DNA of 64,000 nucleotides, from contig NC_088796.1 of NCBI RefSeq assembly GCF_011386835.1, positions 60,698,001-60,762,000 on the forward strand, written 5' to 3'. Position numbers and translations under genes: made by a program. The stretch comes from Chrysemys picta bellii. Taxonomy: Eukaryota. A model generated the notes under the pieces. That model did no database searches and had not been told where the DNA came from. It saw only the letters and a list, made by a program, of their open reading frames with translations. Shown here piece after piece: positions 1 through 11,500 of this stretch. Positions within the stretch are counted from its first letter, which is position 1, and every line of letters starts with the position of its first letter.

Positions 1-48
1 TAACTATACTGACATGGTCTCAATAAAGTAAGCAGATATGACTTAGAA

Positions 49-480
49 CAGGGGTGGGCAAACTTTTTGGCCTGAGGGCCACATCTGCATATGGAAATTG
101 TACGGGGGGCCATGAATGCTCACAAAATAGTGGGATGGGGTGTGGGAGGGGGTGAGGGGTGCGGCGCCAGAAATGAGGAGTTCAGAGTGCAGGAGGGGGC
201 TCTGGGCTGGGGCAGGGAGTTGGGGTGCGGGGGGGAGGACTCTGGGATGTGGATGAGGGGTTTGGGGTGCAGGAGGGTGCTTCAGGCTGGGACCAAGGGG
301 TTTGGAGGGCAGGAGGGGGATCAAGGCTGGAGCAGGGGTGCAGACTCTGGGCGGCGCTTATCTCAAGCACCTCCTGGAAACAGTTGCATGTCCTCCTCTC
401 TGGCTCCTACGCAGAGGCGTGGCCAGGTGTCTCTGTGCACTGCCCGGTCCACAGTCGCCTCCCCTGCAGCTCCCATTGGC
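49..480. mobile_element. hAT-like non-autonomous DNA transposon fragment
   Basis: Starts caggggtgggcaaactttttgg (hAT-type CAGGGG terminus) with GC-rich internal repeats; right end not resolved. Confidence 0.6.
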
Positions 481-718
481 CGTGTGTGTGTGTGTTTATC
501 TGCTGTGTTTTGACCCTGCTCCAGTAACTTACAATGCATGAACAGGGTTCTGTGCCCATGTGTTGTAAATTGAAGGATGAGGGCATTATTTATTTATAAT
601 GCAGATATATTTGAGTGATCGTGTATGTATAAAATATGCAATATGTTTTAAAACATAAAAAGAACTAAGTTGCTTTTTTGATCTTTTGTTCTGAATATAA
701 TTTTTTTATATATTTTAG

Positions 719-769
719 AGCACACAAACTGCAAAAACAGAACCTGGAAAAGTAGCACAGTCACTAAAG
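719..769 (+). CDS. CAST: CAST L-domain exon ([17 protein letters not shown])
   Basis: ttttag acceptor, gtaagc donor, 51 nt, phase 0; resembles human AVKTEPEKKSQSTK. Confidence 0.85.
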
Positions 770-3700
770 GTAAGCTACTACTTTTATTTAATCATTGTGC
801 GTTGTTCTTCTTCAGAGAAGTTAGTAATGATAAGCTAAATTCTGCCACTACTGGACCGGATGCTCCCATCTTCTCATATGGGTGAAAGGAAACAAACCTG
901 CCTGCAGATGAGTTGGAACAGGAGCTCCGCTGTTAGGAGTTGACATAGCACATTTCTGGGGAGCAGACACTCTGTTGGGCTTTCCCTCTACCAGCAGATT
1001 TCTAAGCAGAAACCAGCATTAAATCCACCCTGCACCTTTTAGGGCATGTGTGGGTGGGAAAGAACAGAGAAAGCTGACCTCACTGATTCTCAGGGAAGGT
1101 GGGAGGTGCTCATAGAACTTGATGCAGAGTCTGTGTTGCTGCATGGATGCCTCAGAATTCACAAGGATATAGTCTCCTGCGTACTGCTTTCTCTCCTGCA
1201 GAGTTTTTCTAGGGAGAGGAATAGGTAGCCCTATCTGCCTAGTAAATAACAGGTTTTTTTAAAGTTATTTCTTTTTTTTTTCCCTCTTTCTCCTTCAGTA
1301 GGCAGGAGAAGGAACCTGAAAACTAGGTTTTTTTTTTTTTTTTGGTTTTGTTTTGTTTTTTGTTTTGTTTTAAACAACCCTGAAGTAAAAATAAGGCAGA
1401 ATGATTCCAGTACATTGATTTTTTTTTTTTTTTTTTTTTTTTTGCAAGGACATATGCAAAGTTTCAGCCCATTACTATTTTTGAAGATGAAAATACACAT
1501 TTTCAAAGAAAGATAACCCATACTTAGATCTTTTCTCTCAAACTTTAAACAGTGAACGAATGAAGAAAAATTCATTTCCACAAACCTGGACTATGCTTTT
1601 TCTCATATGGCACCTAGGTGTGAACTCGCCAGCTGAACTAGCTGAATATGCACTGTGCCTTTCCTTGAGATTACTTGAGAGGCTACAGGAAAAACTGTCA
1701 CTATGAAGTAAACAAATGGGAATGTATAGCTAACAAAAAGGATATAAATAACTTGAGAGAAATATTTTTACAACCCTTTGAAAGACGTCTTTGTGTTTAA
1801 AGCCTGGCTACAACTACTCCCAGACATGGCTTTCCCCTTTCTAGTATATTTAGTCCTATACAGATAAGTGTTCACATGATTGTGCCTGTAGGATGTGTGT
1901 AATCTGGTTGGAGCAGGAATTGTATCTTCCTTTGTTTGTGCAGCCCTGATACTCAGAAAATAATAATTTCCTGTGTCTCTAAATTGTCTATCCGAACAGA
2001 TGAAAGTTACATGTATGTTAAGTAAACTAGACTAAAAATCCATTGAGTTGAATACCTGTTCACAGTTAAATATTTTCTAATATATTCTAATATATCTGTA
2101 TTATTCTTGACAGCCAGCTGATTCTCAAACTAAACATCAGTCTGAAGAGAAGCAAAAGGAACCTGGTGGGGTGAGTTATTTACATGTTCTTCTGCTTTTG
2201 TTTGTTTCATTGGTTTGTTAGTTTTCTCAAAACAAAAACACAAGAATACTAAAATCTGTCCTATATATTAATAGCATATTTATGGTTGTACAGGCAAAAA
2301 GCCCATCCAAACCTTCTGTAGCGAAAAGTTCTAAAAAAACTAGTCCAGGAAAAGCGGCCACTGGTCAGACTGAAAAGTCAACGCAAGTATCTTCAATAGA
2401 AGAACCAAAGGTAAAGCAGAAGTGGCGAGCCCTTTATTGCTTTGTGTGTTTGTTTGTTTGTATTGAGGGAGTACCTACTAGCCCTAGTCACGGACCCCAT
2501 TGTGCTAGGCATCTGCAAACACTGAACAAAAAGACAGTTCTGGTCCGAAAGACAGACTGCCTTTTTGAAGGTATGTGTGACAAAGCTTTTTGTGCTGCAT
2601 TAAACTACAGTCTAAGCTACACTAAGCATGTATAAAACTTTACTGTTTGGGAGTTAATGGGTCCTTTGCATTTTGCTTATTTAACTTTAATAATACCTTG
2701 AATGTTCTGATTCAAAAGCACTGATGAGAATAATGTTGCAAGCATTGTCTACAGAATATACATGACTGAACATCTCATTGGAAACGGCCTCTTTTAATAG
2801 GTATTCTGTAATAAGGGTGTTCTGTCAAGCTTCATATCCTCTCTTAAGCCATCCTTAGCTTTGTAAGGTGTCGTGGATGTTTTTGAAGGTGAACCATATA
2901 CAATTACTGGCAGTTGCAGGCCTGCCTAAGCCAGAAGTACTGCACATTTGAGACTCTTGTCACGTTCCCCTGCAAACTCCTCACTGCTCAGGCTCAGGCC
3001 ATTCTTTGGGTATGTCTGCACTGCAATGTAAGCTCAGGGTTAGTAGAACTCAAGTTAGAAGACCCTGGTTTTGTTAACCTAGGGCTTGAGCATATACACT
3101 CAGTTATAACCCAGGTTAGGAACTGTTGACCCCTGGGTCATAAACCCAGTGTCTCCAGTGCATTATGTGGGCCCAAGTCCAATGACCCTTATCCCAGACT
3201 TCCTAGCATCCTCCCAAAATGTGGTTGCTCTAGCCCTTTGTTCATGATGCTGTATGGGAAAACTTGACCTGTCACCAAACTTGACTGTTCAGAGGACAAA
3301 GCAAGTTCCTGTCTGATTGTGGAATACTTTTGGAAGACTCTGAGCACAAGTCCAGTAAGGCTGCATTTACACTGTAAAGCAATAGGGCTTGAACCCTGGG
3401 TCCTGGCTTGACTCAGGCTCTGACCTTCCACCTCCATGGGGTATTGGGACCCTGGGTCTGAGCCCTGCGTTAGCATGATTTGTGTGTAGACAGAAGAGGG
3501 GTTAGGCTTGAGCCTGAGTCTGAACCCTTGGCTTACATTGCAGTGTAAACATACCCTTTGTCAATTTGTTCCTCTCTTTCCATCCTTAATAAAAAACGTG
3601 AGCAGATTGGGGACCCTAGGGTCAGTCAAGGGTGTGTGCCTTGCTCTGTTTAATACGTGAGCGCTGCCCTACTTGATGTTTGGCTCCCTTCTCTGTTGAG

Positions 3701-5469
3701 TGTTTCAGGCAGATTTTTGAGTGCCAACGACTGGTCCAAATGTGGAAGCTGGCAGGATGCAGATGTGCAGCACTCCCCACAGCCTGCAGGACTGATGGGC
3801 AGGGCTGGCTCTAGGATTTTTGCCACCCAAAGCAAAAACAATTTTGGCGGCCCCCTCCCCCCCGTTCTTTAATTACCCCACCCCCGGCCCCGCCTCAACT
3901 CCGCCCCTTCCCCAAATCCCCAGCCCTGCCTCCTCCCCCCAGGCTCTCAAGCCTAGGAGGGAGGGAGGGGGCAGGGAGGGGGAGAAGCAGCGCCGCGCCA
4001 AGGCTACTCGGAGTCTCCCCCTCCCTCCCAGGTTTGAGAGCCTGGGAGGGAGGGGGAGATTCCGAGTGGCCGCGGCGCAGGCGCCACTTCTCCCCCTCCC
4101 TCCCAGGCTTTCAAGCCTGGGACGGAGGGGGAGCAGCGGCGCGCGAAACGGCCGTTCGGGACCTCCCCCTCCCTCCCAGGCTCTCAAGCCTGGGAGGGAG
4201 GGCGAGTAGTGGCACGCGAATCAGCTGTTTCGCTTGCGCGCCGTGGCTGCAGCAGCGGAGGTGAGCTAGGGCGGCCGGGGCACATTTTTAGGGGTGGCAT
4301 TCTGGCGCCGGCCATGCCGCCCCTAAAAATGTGCCGCCCCAAACACCAGCTTGTTTTGCTGGTGCCTAGAGCCGGCCCTGCTTATGGGAGCTTAAGGAGA
4401 GGGGAAAGAAGAACAGAAGGAGTAAATTCAGAGGGGTCAAGGGGAAAAAGAGGGCAGAAAGCAAAGTGGGAGAATAAACATTCAGATTACTCTGTCATTG
4501 GGTAAATTTCTCTCAGATGTCTGCTTAGGATTTAGGGTATGTCTACACTGCAGTGGGAGGTGTAATTGCAGCACCAGCTGGCATACCCCCCTAGCTTTAA
4601 TGTAGCTCCCATGGCTAAAAATAAGGGTAGAGGCAGTGGCATGGACCCCAACCTGGGCTGCACAAGCACGTCTGGAACTTGAGGTACATACTTGCGTTGC
4701 TAGTCTGTGCTGCTCATCTATACTGCTATATGGAGTCATGCTAGCTAGATTAAAGCTAGTGTTGGCATTCCTACCTGAGCTGCAGTCACACCTTTGATTG
4801 CAGTATAGAGGTATCCTGGGTCTTGGTGACTAGATAACATGGAGTGTGAGGCCAAAATCATTCCCTGTACACCTGAAGCATGAAGACTTCCTGGACTGTA
4901 AAGCCCACATCTTTCATGTTTTACTTATAGGGGAATGAGTTAGAAAATTGTGGGTAAAAATCTCTCATGATTTGTGGCAGATTTTGAGATCTGAGATTTT
5001 ACAAATTTATTTTACCTCTTGTATTTTTGTTTTACTTCCTTAATTTCCTAGCCTCTCATGCTGCCTTCATGGCTTCCCTTTCTCGACAGATCTTACTTTA
5101 GGGAGATGGATCTGCATCTGGAGTGGGCTGTGCCAGATTGTGCTGCTCCTTGCAGCTCCCAGGCAGTGGAAGGTTTTGGGGGAAGATTCCCTAAACTCCT
5201 CCCTCTCGCCACCTCCAAAGAATAAAAATCAAGGCTGGGGAATATACCATGTTTGTCTCCGTTACTAGGAGCTTCTTTACACCCAGGGTGTCTTCAACTT
5301 TGAAGTGTATCTGGGAGGGGGGGTAGGCAGTGTTTGTGGAGAGTCATGGAATCTGTACAAACTAGCAGCTGCCAGACTTACTGCTTATTAAAAAATAGCA
5401 TGACCAATTTTGGTTTATTCAATTTCATATGAGTACCAAATATTTTAGTAGATAATAAACTGTTTGATT

Positions 5470-5500
<31 letters not shown>

Positions 5501-8500
5501 GTTTGGGATAATATCTTTTATTGGACCAACATCTATTGGTGAGAGAGACAAGCTTTCAAGCTTACGCACAGCTCTTCTTCAGGCTCTGTGTAAGCTCGAA
5601 AGTTTGTCTCTCTCACCAACAGAAGTTGGTCCAATGGAAGATATTACATCAAATACCTTCTCTCTCTAGTATCCTGGGACCAACACGTTTAAAACAACAC
5701 TGCGTACAAACGATTTTAGTGTATGTTATAGACTTGAGACTGCATAATGTAAAATGCAATCTTTTTTTTCTCCATCACCAGCTGCTATTATTGGACTTCA
5801 GTCATCTACTGAGTCTCCGGTTAGTTCAGTGAATTAGCGTTTTTTCAGAGGAAGCTGCAGTAAATGAGAATTTCAGAGACTCAGAACTCAGCTTCCCATC
5901 TTGGTGTTTTATACTTGTAGTGAACCCCGCATATGAAGAAATATAAACTAGCAGAGTAAAATTACCTATTTTAGTGCATTTTGGGTAGAATTTTATAATC
6001 TTTTTATAAAATACTTACTAAACTTTAGTACCATTTGCTTTTAATGAACTTTCTCCTTCTGCACCAGAAATCAGTGTGTCGTTTGTCGTAAGCTATACTA
6101 TCTCAATGTTATCAAAGGAACGAAAGAGAGAATCCCACTAAAACGGCACTTTTCCTTCAGCACAGAATGTTGCTTAGCAGCATTAATAATCTTTTTCCTG
6201 TTCTGTTCTTGAAATTTGCACAAAAGTTGTATTGACAATTGGAGTAATGTAGGATATATACTAGGATAGAACATTTCCATTATAGTTCTCTTTTTAAAAT
6301 TGTTAGCACAAAGCCATATACACTCTTCTACTTTTTCCCCCTAGCCTAAAACTGAAAATAAATCACTAGCGAGTGGTGCAGCTGCAGCTACAGTTGGTGC
6401 AGTCACTGCTGTTGGTTTGGTTGCGACAGCTGATAAGCCAAGTGCTGAGGTAGGTAACTATAGTCTAACACAAATCAACTGCTTTGTATTAACCTAATGC
6501 CTTTACACTGGCTTTCAGCACTATTTTCACCTTTTTTTCAGACTAAAGAAAATAAATCAGCAGCTCCATCTTCTGCTGTCGAAGCTGCACCTACTAAGCC
6601 ACCTGAAAAAGTAGGTAACAATATAATGACATATAAGCCCTCTTGTATAACACACAACTTTCCCAATTTTTAATAGCCTTTCCCAAAATCTAACATTATC
6701 AATAATACTTCAGTATGTTTCATCTTTAAAAATAAATCTTTACAAAATATTAACTAATTAATCAGCTGACTACAAATAATCTTGTTATTGAAATTGAGAG
6801 GTAACTGGTAAACAATTATCTTTTGAAAATGTTTAATATCTTTTGAACTTGTACTGATTCAGAGCAGGTTTCTAGTTTTGGTTTCCAGGAGTTCTCTGCA
6901 AAGGATCCTGTTTCCTTCCCCCTGCTCCCTCCCCCCTTAAAAAGTCTCATTTATACACTCTTCCATCAAGGTCCTAAATTGCAATGATCTGCATTGAACC
7001 AGAGAGGCTAGATGCCTCCTTCTGGGGGAAAAGCAAACACACACAACACTGAAGTTCATTCCATCTGTGGTAGCTGCCCTCAGTATTGTTTTGTTTCCTT
7101 GTGCCAGTAGTGCAAGGTGAGCCTTTAAGATCATGTTTGCTGCATCTCTGCTAAATTTTGGGTGTCCACCATAGATTTTCTTACTCTCCTTTTTAGCAGA
7201 AATAATCAGTCTCTTTATAATTGTGGCTTTTTGACACTCTGTTGCACCATATCAATGTCTTATCTGATCTTTATTTATTTTATCAGATTAAGAGAAAATC
7301 AGTAGAATTTCACACTCCCACACTTTTAAACCAGTAGAACTAGAAACAAAACTGATACTGCATCTATTGGAGAGGGGGCAGTTGAAAAGTCTAGAACTAG
7401 AACAGTTCTTTATTGCATGTTAGCTTTTCCTATTGGGCCAAATCCTGACCTTGGCTCCCCTGCAGTTTGGAAGTTGGCCAGGCTTCACATCTCTGCCTCA
7501 CTGTAGGCCAATCGTAATGGGTCGCTATCATGGTTAATAACACAAAAAAGATCTTCTGTAAAAGCTACATTAATTTAATCACGATGGTGTCACTTGTAAT
7601 AGTTGATTTAAATAAAGAGGAGCTAGATCACTGATTTATTTGATTAACAAACAATAGACTACTGGATTTGACTCTACATAATGGACAGATTTTCTTCTAT
7701 GATCCCAGGCTCATGTGACGTGAGTACTTCCCTTTGCTGAAAGTTGACTGAAGACGGGAGAAATTCTTGTAAATTTCAGTGAACTCCCTTGTATGCATGT
7801 GTGGAGCCGACAGGCACAACAGTAAAGTTTTGTATACTCCTGTATTTGCATAATAACCTAAATGTAGATTTTTTTTTGTTAGGTTTAAGGAGAGATTATT
7901 TTTTTGTCTTTTTCTGTTTCTTTGTAGTCTTACATTAATGCTACACATTGTGATACATCTTTACGTGCTGTGCAGTGCCTTAACTTGTATAACTGTCTAC
8001 TTATTTTTCTAGTTTGATGTAGATAAGGCCTTAGATGACCTGATAGATACGCTAGGAGGATCTGAAGAACATGTCCCTCCCAGTCCAGTCTACACTGGTC
8101 CAGAAATTACGGTATTGAATTTTTTACGTCACTTGTTATCATACGGGCTGAGTAATTATCCCTGTGATCTCATAACATTTGAAATAGATTCACAATTTCT
8201 CTGTAAAACATAAGGAATGCCTCCCACACGATACTAGTGTTGTTTTTAGCTGTTAAGAAATGTTGCAGCTATAGATCTACAGTAGAACACAATGGTGAAG
8301 TGTTAGCAAACTGGAAAAAAGTTGCTATTTGAATCAGTCACCAGATATGGGCTTGTCTGATAGATTTACAAAAGAACATGTTTTTATCAAAGTTGCTGAA
8401 AGGGGAGAGAAAAAAGCTTGGATAGGTGAAGGGAATTCTCTCTACTTACTTTTTTATTTGTCACATAGTAGAGCATTAGGAATCTGAGACAATGATGTTC

Positions 8501-11500
8501 ATTTCTAAATGTGGATGTGGGGGGGAGAAGAGAGGTTGCAATTGCAGTTGATGGGGAGGGTAATGGAGAAGTAAGAGAGTGGAGTAGACAGAGGTGTTTC
8601 CAAAAATATCTAAAATTCACATTTTATCTGTATCTACATTAAAAGATTGACCATTTATTGTACTTGACTCTCTCTCTTTTCTCAGAAGTATCATTAGTGA
8701 GTATATCACCGGGTGGCTGGCCCCTTGAAGAGGGAGCGGGGCCAGTACACCTGTGACTGGTCAGCTGACCTCAATGAGATTTAAAAGAGGGTACCTGGGC
8801 AAGGGGGAGACACTTGATTAGTCAGAGCCAGAAAGCTGCAAGAAGCAGGAGCAGCAGGCAGTCCCGCAAGGAGAGGAGGAAGTGGGAACCTGCTAGGGAA
8901 AAAGCTCTGGGTGATGTGGGGCTCAGCAACCAGAGCATGGAAGATTCCTGAAGGAAGGACAAAGAGGCAAAGGGGACAGTGCACTGGGAGCTGTAGCCCG
9001 GGGTGGGCTGAGGAACTGGTTTTGTTAATTTTGCCTGTGTTAGAAGAATAAAACTGCTTGGAAAGAGACTCTGAGTATGGCAGTGGGTTCTTTGTGAGTT
9101 GGGGAGAAGGCCAGTTTATTACAGGGTAGAATGCCATTTTATATAGTTATCTTTGTAAATTGGTAACTGAAATTTGGTTTCAACAAACGTTAATACAACA
9201 ATATTTACTACTTGTTTTTGTTGCAGGATTCATGTTCTTCTGCATATATCGAAGAACTGGGTAAACGGGAGGGTTCTATACCTCCAGGGTACAGAAAATT
9301 ATTGGAGGTAAGTAAAGTGAGCAAAATAAGACATGCAATAGTTCTGTTTGTATAGTGGGATTATCTTCCATTCACCACAGAAATAACTCTTCTTTCAGGG
9401 TAAAGGAGATGACCAAGCTGTACCCCCAGAAAAAACAGAACCACCACCTCAGGTAACGTTAGATTTACATCTCAAAAGGTAAAAATAGATCATCTGGTTC
9501 TTGGAAAAGTTCTAATTAACTTCTTCCGACATGAGAAAATGCCAAATTCCAGGAGGTGCTGACCACATGCAGTTCCTATTGAAGTCAATGGGAAGCTTCT
9601 GGAGTTTTGGCACCGAATTTTTAATTAACATACATGGTCTTGGAAAACTGAAAGAAGTTGAAACAACTAAACCAAATACTTCTGAGAAATTGAACCTGAT
9701 AATCTTAAACTAGCTATTGACAGTTATGGATGCAGGAATCCTTGAGTACTTTGTGTGGCAAAGAATGCTTAAATCTGTGTGCTTACCAAGGTCATAAGAA
9801 GAACAGCCATAATGGGTCAAACCATCTAGTCCAGTATCCTGTCTTTTGACAGTGGCCAATGCCAGGTGCCCCAGAGGGAATGAACAGAACAGGTAATCAT
9901 CAAGTGATCCATCCCCTGTTGCCCATTCCCAGCTTCTGGAAAACAGAGGTTAGGGACACCATCCCAGCTAATAGCTATTGATGGACCAATCCTCCATGAA
10001 TTTATCTAGTTCTTTTTTAAACCCTGTTATAGTCTTGGCCTTCACAACATCTGCTGGCAGGTTGACTGTCATTCCTTTAGACTAGAGCAGGGATCGGCAA
10101 CCTTTGGCACGTGGCCCGTCAGGGAAATCTGCTGGTGGGCCGGGAGGGTTTGTTTACCTGCAGCGTCCGCAGGTTCAGCCGTTCGCAGCTCCCACTGGCC
10201 CGTGGTTCCCCGTTTCAGGCCAATGGGGGCTGCGGGAAGCGGTGTGGTCCGAGGGACGTGCTGGCCGCCGCTTCCCACAGCCCCCATTGGCCCACAACAG
10301 CGAACCGTGGCCAGTGGGAGCTGCGATTGGCCAAACCTGCGGATGCTGCAGGTAAACAAACTGTCCCGGCCTCCCAGCGGATTTCCCTGATGGGCCGCGT
10401 GCCAAAAGTTGCTGATCCCTGGACTAGAGTTTGATTTCACTATAAGTTTACACCTAAAAGAAAATGAAAGGCTGCATTTTGATGTGAAGTGTATGAGGAA
10501 GTGTAGGGGTGTTTCTTTCTGAGACAAAAGTATAACAATGACCCCTTAAATACATATTGCTACTTCAGTAAGCACACAGTGCACATGAATTATAAACTAG
10601 GTTTTGACAGCCATTGACCTTTGAATGTTAACCATAACCTCCTATGCAATTTCTGTTTAGAAACCAATGACAGATGATGATATTGCAGATGCTTTGTCAT
10701 CTGATTTTACCTGCAGTACTTCTACTCCTGGAGAGGAGAAAACAACTCTTAAAGAGGTATTGATTTTGCCAACTGAGAATTTTTTTAACTTTATCTTTTT
10801 TACACTTTTTGCAAATTTTGCCAGTAACCAAATGTTTCATTTTCTCCTTACATAACAGAAGCCAACAGAGGAAGGAGAAATTGTACAAGCACAGTCAACA
10901 AGTTCAGTCAGGAGTTCAGCTCCTCCTAAGGAGAAGAAACCAAAACTGGAAGAGGTATAGATACTCCCTTTTTTGACTAATTTAATTATTATGATGCATC
11001 TGTAGTTAACATACTTCATGCCAAAATGTGGGCCTGAACCTGCAAGAAGTTGAACATCCTCGGCTTCAGTTGAAATGCTGTTGAACATATTAAGTACAAC
11101 GGGAATTGCAGGTGCTGAGAGCCTCTCAGGAGGTGTTCTCTGCATGTTACAGGATTGGGCCTGCATGGGTCAAATAATTCTGCTTATGGAGTCATCTGCA
11201 GGGCTCCCATAGGCCCGATAAACATAGTATAAGAGCTGGTTACAAAAATGAGCTTGCTTTTTTTAGTTGTGTGGGATGCGTTTAATATCCAGATAATTTC
11301 ATTTCCTTGTATTCGTAAAACTGACCTTTCCTTCCCATATCTGGAGAAATAATGTAATTTCTAGTTCAGCTAAGGCCATGCAGTGAAGTAGTCCCTGTCT
11401 GTAGTGTTGGGATTTCTGCTTTCCTCTCTTTGAGGAAGTTTTTAGTTTGATTAAAAGCTGCTGGTGTGATCAGAGTTTGCCATCTGCTGCCCTCTCATGT

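Noticed and set aside
795-900. Possible extra CAST exon after ttcttcag at about 815
   Set aside because: An early in-frame stop (TAA/TGA) or the lack of calpastatin-like sequence in each frame, and no matching donor.
3925-4205. Regularly spaced palindromic repeats resembling a CRISPR array
   Set aside because: They lie inside a hAT element with TIRs and TSD in a vertebrate intron. The spacers are related to one another and there are no cas genes.
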